The notes below the pieces were generated by a model. It had not been told where the DNA came from. It was given only the letters and a program-made list of their open reading frames with translations, and ran no database searches. 64,000 bases of DNA. It comes from Azolla caroliniana (taxonomy: Eukaryota; Plantae; Polypodiophyta). Numbering within the stretch: the first letter of the stretch is position 1; each line of letters starts with the position of its first letter. This document shows positions 12,901 to 23,078 of the stretch, piece by piece. Location of the stretch: NCBI GenBank assembly GCA_043228905.1, contig JBHGNT010000015.1:14322001-14386000 (forward strand), written 5' to 3'. The position numbers were made by a program, and so were the translations under genes.

Positions 12901-14367
12901 AGTTGTTAGAGATACACTAATACTAATCCATTGTTCTCCTAAATTTGAAGTATGAATTGTGGCGTACACTAGTTCTAATCCAAATGTAAATTGACATCAT
13001 ATAATACAAACAATAGAATAGTAGAGCCACATACCGTACGGGTGTACTTTTAAACCCCAAGCATAGTACCACTCAGCCGCAATTGTAGTTTTACAGTCCA
13101 TACATGTATTCTCTTTCTCAAAATGATACTTAACACATAGCACATGATATGTGTGCAAGCACGGTGTAATCACAACATCCATAGCCTCCAGCTTGAATCC
13201 GAGGCCACAAAATATACACCTGGCAGATTGCAAACACAAGTTATAATATATTAGCTAATATGATATTTATACCACAGAAGTAGAAATAAATAACTTTTAA
13301 AGCCAATACCGTGATATAGCTATACTAGTAATGGTACTTTCCATACCACTTGGGTGCTCAATTACATATGGATACAAAGTTTCAAAACCTTTTTGTTTTA
13401 AATCCTGCATCAAGCACGCAAGGTTCTCGGAATGCAACTTTAAAGCTGACAACTTATTATCTATTTCGGAATGTGCATTCCTACAAGTATCAAGGTCTCT
13501 CATCTGTGAACCTAATTGAGTGCCCATATTGTTTAGCTCTTTCTTCAACTCCTCTTTCAACACCTCACTTTCTGAATTTTGGATTGTCGATGCAATCCAT
13601 TCATATGTAGTCTTTAATGAAGAGAATTTCTTTTCTGCATGTATCTCAGCTGATTTAATTGCTTCCGAATCAGCAAGTAGTGCTTGTATTCTTGAGCTCA
13701 TAGATGCTATGCAACTGGCCATCATCTGTTCATTCTTTTCAGTCATTGTGGCCCATACCTTTGCAGATTGAACTTGGTGGACAGGTGTTGTAGCCGGAAT
13801 ATCCACATGAGAGGTTCCCGATGACTTCAAGCCAGTGTTGGTACTAGAGGACCCTTTATAATGTTCTGATCGGTGCCAATTAAAATCTTCCCAATCTACG
13901 TCGATGCCACCCTGAACTTCACATGCAAATGCACGTGCAAAAACAGTACCCACCTCATTGTTATAGATTTGATTTGTATCATAAACATGTTCATATCTCG
14001 TCTTCAATAAGTTGACATATTCCCTCTTCAATCCACTTATGTGGAATCCTCTCCTTGTATCGGGATGTGCTGACCCCCAGGTTTTTATCAACCACTCTCT
14101 CAACTCAGGATAAACTTCAGGTCGTGCTCGAAGGAAATAACTCCATCCGAGAGGTGTGTCTCGAATGATGGAGTGGTACATCTTCTTTCTCTGTGTTGAT
14201 GAATTCATCACCCTTTCTCTTGTGGGTGTCTTCTTGCTTTCTTTGAGAGGTGTCCTTTTTCCTTCCTTCACTGGTGTCTTCACTTTCTCTTTCATCAATG
14301 TCTTCTTTATGGGTGTCCTTCTCGTCATTGTCCTAGTCATCACTATTCTCGTTGAATGAATATGCAT
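9924..14367 (-). pseudogene. 8-exon RING-H2 finger gene (~903 codons, 3 premature stops), probably transposon-borne
   Basis: Exons 14367-13310, 13219-13035, 12832-12791, 11684-11466, 11397-11320, 11240-11163, 11078-10974, 10870-9924, all GT-AG and in phase (2712 nt). RING-H2 CIFC..CLHTYHVLC..CMDC. Stops at 11482, 10990 and 10194. Confidence 0.75.
11740..12365. repeat. Intronic minisatellite, ~52-bp unit (TAGTACTAATCATGAACAATGTACTACTCACTTAGTTCCCAAATTACACAA)
   Basis: About 11-12 degenerate head-to-tail copies, with further decayed copies to ~12760. Confidence 0.9.
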
Positions 14368-14733
14368 GTACTAGAATAAAACTCATCAAATTACCATCAA
14401 CACATAGCAAGTAATCACATTGCATGTACAAGCCATGTCAAACACACAAAAACCCTAAATAGTCGGAAGAAAACTCATCCATGTCTAACACATACAAATT
14501 AAAAACAGACCGACAGGAAACACAGAGAAAACGAAAACATACCAACAAAACGAAAACATAGCAACTCATCATAGTCAACTCCATCTAAGTTGCATGTACA
14601 AACCATGTCAAACACACAACCACCCTAAACAGTCGGAAGAAAACTCATCCATGTCAAACACATACAAATTAAAAACATACAAATAGGAAACACAGAGAAA
14701 ATGAAAACATACCAGTTGGGCATGCAACACATA

Positions 14734-15341
14734 TGTTGAGCAATCGACGCTCCGATTAACCTTCACCGCTCGGCCACAACCGAGTAAGCACGAATCAATG
14801 CAGCAGAAAATAGGAACCACAGAGAAAGAACACGAATACACAGGGATTAACGTGGAAAACCCTAGACGGGAAAAACCACGGGAGTACAAGACTCCGAACC
14901 AAAACTATGCACAGAGAAGTATACAATGGCGAGCTGCAAGGCGACGACCTTGAGCTCGCTGTCCTCGCCACAGGCGGCGGAAATACACAGAGGCGTCGAC
15001 CTCTTCCTCTCTCACGCTCTATCTCTCTCTCTCACGGCTACTCTCTCTTCACTCCTCTTGAGTGGAAAAACAGAAAAAAATAAGAAGCAACAACAAAACT
15101 GTTTGCCCTAAGTCATATTTATACACATATGACTTTAGGGCTATTTACAACTATAGCCTCAAGGGCCCTTAGCAAACATATTCACGGATATGTCCCCGCA
15201 TCCGGATCTCTCTTCGGGTGCATTCGTCATCCGGCTCCGAAGCCGGGGTCTTCATCATCCGGTTCCGAAACCGAAACCGGGCTCGTCGGCATTCATCTCC
15301 AACATCCGACCATCCCATCCGAAGGGACCGTAATCCCAACA
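14734..15341 (-). repeat. copia-2 3' LTR
   Basis: TG..CA termini, adjacent to the PPT, near-identical to 19456-20063. Confidence 0.97.
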
Positions 15342-15351
15342 AACTCCCCCT

Positions 15352-18300
15352 TCACTTCGGCATGGGATGTCTCTCCAATCCGATCCTCTTCCGGCATGCT
15401 TCCAGCTTGTCGGGTGTGAGCACCTTGGTCAGCATATCCGACCCATTCTCGTCCGTGTGGACCTTCGTCAGCACGAACTCCTTGTCTTCTATCCTTTCCC
15501 GGATCCAGTGATATCTTCGCTGGATGTGCTTCGTCCGGGAGTGATAGGCCGCGTTCTTCGCAAGGTGGATTGCACTCTGACTGTCGCAGTAGAGTCGGTA
15601 CTCCTCCTGCCGGATACCGAGCTCTCTAATGAAGTCCTTCATCCATATTATTTCCTTGCTGGCTTCAACAGCCGCCATGTACTCCGCCTCCGTGGTTGAC
15701 AGCGCAACCGTCTTCTGCAGCCTCGACTGCCATGAAACAGCTCCCCCTGCATACGTCATCACATACCCTAATGTGGACCGGCTGGTATCTGCATCAGCCG
15801 ACATATCCGAATCGGTGAAGCCGTCGAGTTCGGGCTTACCGGAGCCGAATCGGAGGCACACGTTTGTCGTGCCCTTCAGGTATCGGAGTATCCACTTGAC
15901 CGCGTTCCAGTGCTCTTTGCCGGGATTGCTCATGTACCGGCTCACCACCCCAACTGCATATCCGATGTCCGGTCGGGTACACACCATTGCGTACATCAAG
16001 CTCCCGACGGCAGAGGCATATGGTACTTTCATCATGTCCTCCTTCTCAGCCTTTGTCTTGGGGCTCTGCTTGCTGGACAGCTTGCAGTTTGCCGGGAGTG
16101 TTGACCCGACCGGTCTTGCTTCCGACATGTTGAACCGGTGAAGCACCTTTGTCACGTACTTCTCCTGTGACAGCCACAACTGCTTCTTCTTCCGGTCCCG
16201 GATGATGTGCATCCCTAGTATTTGCCTCGCCGGACCCAGGTCCTTCATTGAGAAGGTTCGGTGAAGAGCCTTCTTCAGCATCCGAATCTTGACCTGGTCC
16301 CGTCCGACGATCAACATGTCGTCCACGTACAGGAGGAGTATTAGAAAGTCTCCTCCTTCGAACTTCTTCACAAACACGCAGTGGTCGGACTGCGTTTTGA
16401 GGTACCCTTCGTCGGTCATGAAAGAGTCGAACTTCCGGTACCATTGCCGGGGAGCCTGCTTCAATCCGTAAAGGCTCTTCTTCAACCGGCATACCAGGTG
16501 CTCCTTCCCTTTCTTCTCGAATCCTTCCGGTTGCTGCATGTAGATCTCTTCCTCGAGGTCACCGTGAAGGAATGTCGTCTTCACGTCCATCTGTTCTACC
16601 TCGAGGTCCATGCTTGCCGCTATGCTCAGCACCGTCCGGATGGAGGTCATCTTCACTACCGGGGCAAATATCTCGTCGAAGTCGACGCCCTTCTTCTGCT
16701 GAAACCCCTTCACCACGATCCTGGCTTTGTATCTCGGGGGGTTTCCGGCATCTCCCGGTTTCAGCTTGAACACCCACTTGTTACGGAGTGCCCGTTTTCC
16801 TTTCGGCAACTCCACAAGTTCATATGTGTGGTTCTCATGCAGGGAATCCATCTCCTCTTGCATGGCACTTAACCACCTGCGGCTCTGGGTGTCATGCTTT
16901 GCTTCTTCAAAGCTCTCCGGCTCCCCCTCGTCGGTTAGCAACACGTGCTCTGGTTCCGGAAATCTCCGGGGGGCCCTTCTCTCTCTTAGAGGATATCTCC
17001 GTTCCGGAGCTTCGGTAACCGGTTCTTCCGATTCTTCTTCATCCGAATCCATTTCGGGATCGGGGCCGGTTCCGGTATCATTTTCATCTTCCTCGGCCGG
17101 TTCTGTTTCTTCACCGTCTTCGGCCGGATCCTCGAGTGCTAACCGGTCCCTTGCCGGTCGGGACTGCTCCTCGTAGAGTTGATCCTCACCGGTCGACTTG
17201 GAGCTCTTCATCTTCTTCTCCGACTCCCAGTCGGCGAGTGTCTTGTCCTCCATGAAGATGATATCTCGACTCCTGAATATCTTCTTGTCGACCGGGTCCC
17301 ATACTCGGTAGCCGAACTCGTCATCGCCGTAACCGAGGAATATGCATGGCCGGGTCTTTGGATCTAGCTTTCCTCTCCGGTCCTTTGCCACATGCTCGTA
17401 TGCGAGACACCCGAACACCTTCAGATGCCGGTAGGATACTTCCCTACCGGTCCACACTCTCTGCGGCGTGTCTCCGTCCAAAGGTACTGAGGGTGATCTG
17501 TTTATCACGTATGTCGCCGTCGACATTGCCTCAGCCCAAAACCCCTTGGGTAATTTCGCATGCGCCAGCATACTCCGGACCCTCTCCATTATGGTCTGGT
17601 TCATCCTCTCGGCCAGCCCGTTCAGTTCCGGCGTCTTCGGCACAGTAAACTCGAGCCGGATTCCCTTCGAGCGACAGTACTCCGCGAACTGCCCCCGGTA
17701 TTCCCCTCCGTTATCCGCTCGTATCGCTTTCAGCTTCTTGCCGGATTCCCTTTCCACTCTCGCGTGGAGTTCTTTGAAGACGCACAACACTTGGTCCTTT
17801 GTCTTCAACGATGCCGTCCACAGCTTCCGACTGTGATCATCAATGAATGTTACGAAGTACTGGGCTCCGCCATGTGACTTCGTTTCTACCTGACACACAT
17901 CAGTGTGCACCAACTCCAATGGTGCGCTACGTCTCGTCGGTGGCCTTGAATGGAAGGAGGTTCGGTTCTGCTTACCGGCCAGGCAATCGGTGCACTTCTC
18001 TAGGTGCACATGCTTCACTGGAATAAGGTTGTCTTCTGCAAGCCTCTTCATCCCCTTCTCACTCATGTGGCACAGTCTCTTGTGCCACAGCTCACCGGCA
18101 GTGTCGGCTGCCACGTTCAACTCTTCCGGACACAGCCAGGCATTCATAAGGTACAGTGTGTTGACTTTCCGGGCCCGAGCCACTATCAGGCTCCCCTTGC
18201 TGAACTTCATTACACCGTTCCGGATGCTACCTGTGTAGCCTTCATCGTCTAGCCTCCCGGCCGAAATCAGGTTCAATCGAACCTCCGGAACGTGTCGGAC

Positions 18301-19425
18301 ATCCTTCAACAGCATTTTGCATCCGGTCGGGGTTGTCAACCACACGTCTCCTATGCCGGCAATCCGGCACGTACCTTCATTTCCCATCCGAACACAGCCA
18401 AGCTCACCGGCTGTGTAGGATGAGAAGTATCTTCTCTCCGGGGTCAGGTGGAACGATGCTCCGGAATCGACCACCCAGGTCGTCTCATCGCCGGCAATGT
18501 TTAGTTCACCTTCTTCAGTGATGAGCATGATCTCCTCTTCACTTGCCGCGAGTGCCGTCGTTCCTTTCCGGTCCTGCCCTCGCCGATCCGAACCATTCCG
18601 GTCCGTGGCTCCCCGGTAAGTCCCGTTCCGTTCCGAAGACTTCTTCGAATCGGTGTCGTTGGCTCCGTTGTCTTTTCGGTAATGCCGACAATTCTTTCGG
18701 AAGTGCCCCGGCTTCCCACAGTGGAAGCATGTGGGCCTTCCTCTTGACTGCGACCGGGTCCCCGACTTCTCCCGTCTTTGCGGACTCCGGTTCCATTGTC
18801 TTCCCCGTTCCGATTCGGTAAGCAGCGCCTTCGAGTCGGAGGCCGGTTCTTTATCTCTCCGACGCGCTTCTTCGTTCAAAATACTTGTCTTCACCGTTTG
18901 TAGGGACAAGTTATCTTCGGTGCAGGAGGTGCTGAGAGTCACCACCAAGTTCTCCCAGCTTTCTGGCAATGTACACATCAGAATGATGGCTTGCATTGCA
19001 TCCTCCAGCGGGAACTTGATCGCCGCAAGTTGGTTCACGAATCCCATGAACGTGCTTACGTGTTCCACCATACTCTCGCCGTCCCGGTACTTGAGGTTCA
19101 CTATCTTCCTCATCAGGGAGGTCCGGTTCAAGGCATTTTTCCTCTCGTAGAGGCCCGACAGCTTCCGCCACATCTCATATGCGTTGGTGTCGTTCGCCAC
19201 ATGTTGTAGAACGCTCACGTCTACGTATTGCCGAATGGTTGCAACGGCTTTCCGGTTCAGAAGCCTCCATTCCGACTCAAGTACCCCCTTCGGTATTTCC
19301 GACCTGTCAATCGGTTCGTACAGGTCCCGAACAATCAGAAGATCCTCCATCTTGATCTTCCAGTCGGCGTAATTCTGTGCATTCAGCACCATCATCCCCG
19401 GCTGCCCGCTGCCGCCGCCTTCCAT
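15352..19425 (-). CDS. copia gag-pol polyprotein (1357 aa)
   Basis: ATG 16 nt after the PBS. CFHCGKPGHFRKNC, VVDSGAS, HKRLCH..CTDC, DDE integrase, YVDDML, RNase H. No stops or frameshifts. Confidence 0.95.
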   Translation of the reverse strand: MEGGGSGQPGMMVLNAQNYADWKIKMEDLLIVRDLYEPIDRSEIPKGVLESEWRLLNRKAVATIRQYVDVSVLQHVANDTNAYEMWRKLSGLYERKNALNRTSLMRKIVNLKYRDGESMVEHVSTFMGFVNQLAAIKFPLEDAMQAIILMCTLPESWENLVVTLSTSCTEDNLSLQTVKTSILNEEARRRDKEPASDSKALLTESERGRQWNRSPQRREKSGTRSQSRGRPTCFHCGKPGHFRKNCRHYRKDNGANDTDSKKSSERNGTYRGATDRNGSDRRGQDRKGTTALAASEEEIMLITEEGELNIAGDETTWVVDSGASFHLTPERRYFSSYTAGELGCVRMGNEGTCRIAGIGDVWLTTPTGCKMLLKDVRHVPEVRLNLISAGRLDDEGYTGSIRNGVMKFSKGSLIVARARKVNTLYLMNAWLCPEELNVAADTAGELWHKRLCHMSEKGMKRLAEDNLIPVKHVHLEKCTDCLAGKQNRTSFHSRPPTRRSAPLELVHTDVCQVETKSHGGAQYFVTFIDDHSRKLWTASLKTKDQVLCVFKELHARVERESGKKLKAIRADNGGEYRGQFAEYCRSKGIRLEFTVPKTPELNGLAERMNQTIMERVRSMLAHAKLPKGFWAEAMSTATYVINRSPSVPLDGDTPQRVWTGREVSYRHLKVFGCLAYEHVAKDRRGKLDPKTRPCIFLGYGDDEFGYRVWDPVDKKIFRSRDIIFMEDKTLADWESEKKMKSSKSTGEDQLYEEQSRPARDRLALEDPAEDGEETEPAEEDENDTGTGPDPEMDSDEEESEEPVTEAPERRYPLRERRAPRRFPEPEHVLLTDEGEPESFEEAKHDTQSRRWLSAMQEEMDSLHENHTYELVELPKGKRALRNKWVFKLKPGDAGNPPRYKARIVVKGFQQKKGVDFDEIFAPVVKMTSIRTVLSIAASMDLEVEQMDVKTTFLHGDLEEEIYMQQPEGFEKKGKEHLVCRLKKSLYGLKQAPRQWYRKFDSFMTDEGYLKTQSDHCVFVKKFEGGDFLILLLYVDDMLIVGRDQVKIRMLKKALHRTFSMKDLGPARQILGMHIIRDRKKKQLWLSQEKYVTKVLHRFNMSEARPVGSTLPANCKLSSKQSPKTKAEKEDMMKVPYASAVGSLMYAMVCTRPDIGYAVGVVSRYMSNPGKEHWNAVKWILRYLKGTTNVCLRFGSGKPELDGFTDSDMSADADTSRSTLGYVMTYAGGAVSWQSRLQKTVALSTTEAEYMAAVEASKEIIWMKDFIRELGIRQEEYRLYCDSQSAIHLAKNAAYHSRTKHIQRRYHWIRERIEDKEFVLTKVHTDENGSDMLTKVLTPDKLEACRKRIGLERHPMPK

Positions 19426-19455
19426 TTTCTGCAGCAGCCCGCTCTGATACCAGTT

Positions 19456-20063
19456 TGTTGAGCAATCGACGCTCCGATTAACCTTCACCGCTCGGCCACA
19501 ACCGAGTAAGCACGAATCAATGCAGCAGAAAATAGGAACCACAGAGAAAGAACACGAATACATAGGGATTAACGTGGAAAACCCTAGACGGGAAAAACCA
19601 CGGGAGTACAAGACTCCGAACCAAAACTATGCACAGAGAAGTATACAATGGCGAGCTGCAAGGCAACGACCTTGAGCTCGCTGTCCTCGCCACAGGCGGC
19701 GGAAATACACAGAGGCGTCGACCTCTTCCTCTCTCACGCTCTATCTCTCTCTCTCACGGCTGCTCTCTCTTCACTCCTCTTGAGTGGAAAAACAGAAAAA
19801 AATAAGAAGCAACAACAAAACTGTTTGCCCTAAGTCATATTTATACACATATGACTTTAGGGCTATTTACAACTATAGCCTCAAGGGCCCTTAGCAAACA
19901 TATTCACGGATATGTCCCCGCATCCGGATCTCTCTTCGGGTGCATTCGTCATCCGGCTCCGAAGCCGGGGTCTTCATCATCCGGTTCCGAAACCGAAACC
20001 GGGCTCGTCGGCATTCATCTCCAACATCCGACCATCCCATCCGAAGGGACCGTAATCCCAACA
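19456..20063 (-). repeat. copia-2 5' LTR
   Basis: Adjacent to the PBS TGGTATCAGAGC. Confidence 0.97.
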
Positions 20064-20924
20064 ACATAGACTATGAATAATCAAAACCTAAAAAAGCCCA
20101 TACACATACAAATTAAAAACAGACGGACAGGAAACAAAGAGAAAACGATAACATACCAATTGGAGGCAGATGGAGCCAAGGTCGAAGGCAGAGGTACCAC
20201 ACCTTCGGAGCACACCAAGCCTTCAAAATCACCTATATGCAAGAGATTGCTGACGAGGTTGCTACAGAGGAGACAAACAAGCATTAACAGAGGAGACAAA
20301 CGAGCATACACAAGGAAAGCAAATCAACAACAAGAACATCAATCAGGGGAAACAGAAATCTCTGCATATACAGAGACAGAGATCGAACCTGGCACAGAGG
20401 GAACACAACAACAACTACGCGGGGAAACAGAGAATCGAAGGTGGAGTGAGAGAGAGAAACAGAAAGAAAGAAAGAAACAGAGATTCAAAGGTGGAGTGAG
20501 AGAGAGAGAGAGATAGGTAATAGATATGTGTCGTCTTTCTAACTTTCTGCATCTGTCTGTCTGACAGCTTCGAGACAGAAGAGAGAAAGAGAGAGATTGA
20601 GAGAGACACAAAGAGAGAGAGAGAGACTGAGAGAGAGACTGACCAACTATCACATTCCAAACCTTCTCCAGGTGTGCTTTCATACAACTCTACCTAGGAG
20701 AATGAAATTACAATTAATGTATTAAATACGGCCTTGGGACATTTCGAGTGTGACGATATTATCTTTGTACATTTGAGTGTGACGTAATGAATTTGTTATT
20801 TGAAATTGAACACCATTCAATAGATGATAATTTTTTTATTTTCAATTTTTAATGTTTATTTTCTTCCTCGATTTAGTACTAAATTTTTGGCCAAAAGTTG
20901 GTACATCGTAGCATGCTTCGACCC

Positions 20925-23078
20925 AAGACAAAAAATATGATGATAAAAAGGGAAAACAGAATATGCCAGAATATGAAATGCTTGATGATGGGTCTAGAAA
21001 CATGGAAGATGTAGATTCAGATACATATATGGCTATGCATTATGCATACATCTCTAAAGTGGTACAAATCCCTGATACAAATAGTTTCGATGAAGCAAAA
21101 TCTGATAAGAAATGGGTTAATGCAATGCAAGAAGAAATAGATGCATTGGCTGAAAACAGAACATGGGATTTGGTAAAGTTACCGAAAGAAAAAAATGTTG
21201 TAGGTTGCAAATGGGTCTATAAAACAAAGCATGATTCAAATGGAAATGTTAGTAGACATTAATCAAGACTTGTTGCAAAGGTATATACCCAGATGCAAGG
21301 AATTGATTATGATGAAACATTTGCACCGGTTGCAAAGATGGCAACATTGAGAACACTACTTGCTGTGAGTGCAGCCAAAAGATGGGTTTTCCACCATATG
21401 GATGTAAAAAATGCTTTTTTACATGGTAAGTTGGAAGAAGAAGTGTATATGTGTCAACCACCAGGTTTTGAAGATAAGAAGCATCCAGAATATGTATGTA
21501 GGCTGAAAAAGGCTCTCTAAGGACTAAAACAAGCACCGAGTACATGACATAAAGAACTTTCAAAATCTCTGAAACAATTTGCCTTCAAAATGTCAAAAGC
21601 TAATCCATCATTGTATGTAAAGAAGATGAATGATTGCATTGTTGTTATCTTGATTTATGTTGATGATTTAATCATTGGAGGTGATTCTATGGATGAAATA
21701 CGCAAGCTGAAAAAAAATCTTGAAATGCAATTTCATATGAAGGATTTGGGAGAGCTGAGATACTTTCTTGGCATTGAGATGATCAGATCTGAAAGTGGTA
21801 TACATATGTTGCAAAAACAGTATGCAACAACTATGTTGAAGAAGTATGGTATGCTTGGATGCAAACCTATTGGTATACCACTAGATAAGAACTGCAAATT
21901 GAGGGTTGATTTGGGAGCCAAAGTAGAAGATATAAACATGTACAGGTCTATGGTGGGTAGCCTCATATATTTGACCATAACAAGACCTAATTTGAGTTAT
22001 GTTGTTGGATTAGTTAGCCAGTTTATGCAACAGCCAACAAAGCCACATTTGGACTACATTAGAAGAATTTTGAGGTATGTAAAAGCTACTCAAAATTATG
22101 GACTGTTTTATAGGGCTGATCTGGACATAAAGCTGGAAGGATATACAAATGTTGATTGGGCTGGAAGCCAAACTGGCAGAACATCCACAAGTGGATATAT
22201 GTTTACATTGGGAAGTGCAGTTATTTCATGGATTAGCAAGAAACAAGCTACTGTTGCACTATCAAGTGTTGAAGCTGAGTATAGAGGAGCTGCAATAGCT
22301 ACCTATGAAGAGGTATGGATCAGAAGATTCCTTGCTGATTTGGGACAATATATAGATGGTGCAGTCACAATTTGGTGTGACAATATGAGTAGCATTCAGC
22401 TCGCAAAAAATCTAGTGTTCCATGCAAGAACAAACCACATTGAAGTGCATTATCACTTTGTTAGAGAAAAAGTGATTGATGGAGAAGTGGACCTATTGTA
22501 TGTAAGTACAAATCAGCAAGTTGCTGATATTCTTACGAAGGGATTGAGCATGGAAAAACATACACAGTTTAGAGACATGTTGGGAGTTATAAACATCGGC
22601 ATGGTAGCTGAAAAGCATGAAGAAAAGAAGATTGAAGATGATTCCAAGAAAGGATAAGTTGAGCTTGAGGGGGAATGTTGAGAAGCAAGCTCAACAAAGG
22701 TATGTGATGCTTATTGAGAAATAAGCTATAGTAGCTATTAGCTAATTAGCTACTAGTGGACATAAAGGTGAAACAGTTATTTAGCTACTAACAGCTATTT
22801 CGCTACATATGTAAGTGACTTATGTACTTAGGTAAAAAAGTAAGTGTAGTAAGTAGAAAAGGTTGTAAGAGTGAGAGTAGAGAAAAAAAGAAGAAAAAAC
22901 AGAGAACAGAAAACAGACGAGAGCGAGTTGAGCTCTGCGTGTAATGAAATAGAAGAAGCTTTTTGGTTTGCTACATAGAGGTAAGTCTCCTTCCCCTTCC
23001 TTTCTATCTTGAGCACTAAACGATCCAGCACATCACGATCCGATGTGCACACGGAAGAACCGTAGTGCCTTCGTAACA
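20925..23078 (+). mobile_element. Decayed AT-rich copia 3' half (copia-3): RT-RNase H plus 3' LTR 22676-23078
   Basis: [18 protein letters not shown] and RNase H motifs with stops and frameshifts. PPT TTGAGGGGGAA, then TGTTG..TAACA. Abuts the RT of copia-4. Confidence 0.9.

Larger units (their letters stand above)
14734..20063 (-). mobile_element. Intact full-length Ty1/copia element (copia-2, Tnt1/Tork-like)
   Basis: 608-bp LTRs at 14734-15341 and 19456-20063 with 3 substitutions seen. TSD ACATA at 14729-14733 and 20064-20068, PBS-iMet 19441-19452, PPT 15342-15356, uninterrupted ORF. Confidence 0.98.
8190..20924. mobile_element. Probable large DNA transposon (right arm) carrying a RING gene and nested copia-2
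   Basis: Transposase-like remnant, convergent passenger gene and internal tandem repeats. Sharp junction ..GCATGCTTCGACCC|AAGAC into copia-3 pol at 20924/20925. The left end is not visible. Confidence 0.5.

Noticed and set aside
15367-19461. Numerous plus-strand ORFs
   Set aside because: Antisense shadows of the GC-rich copia-2 gag-pol with no recognisable motifs.
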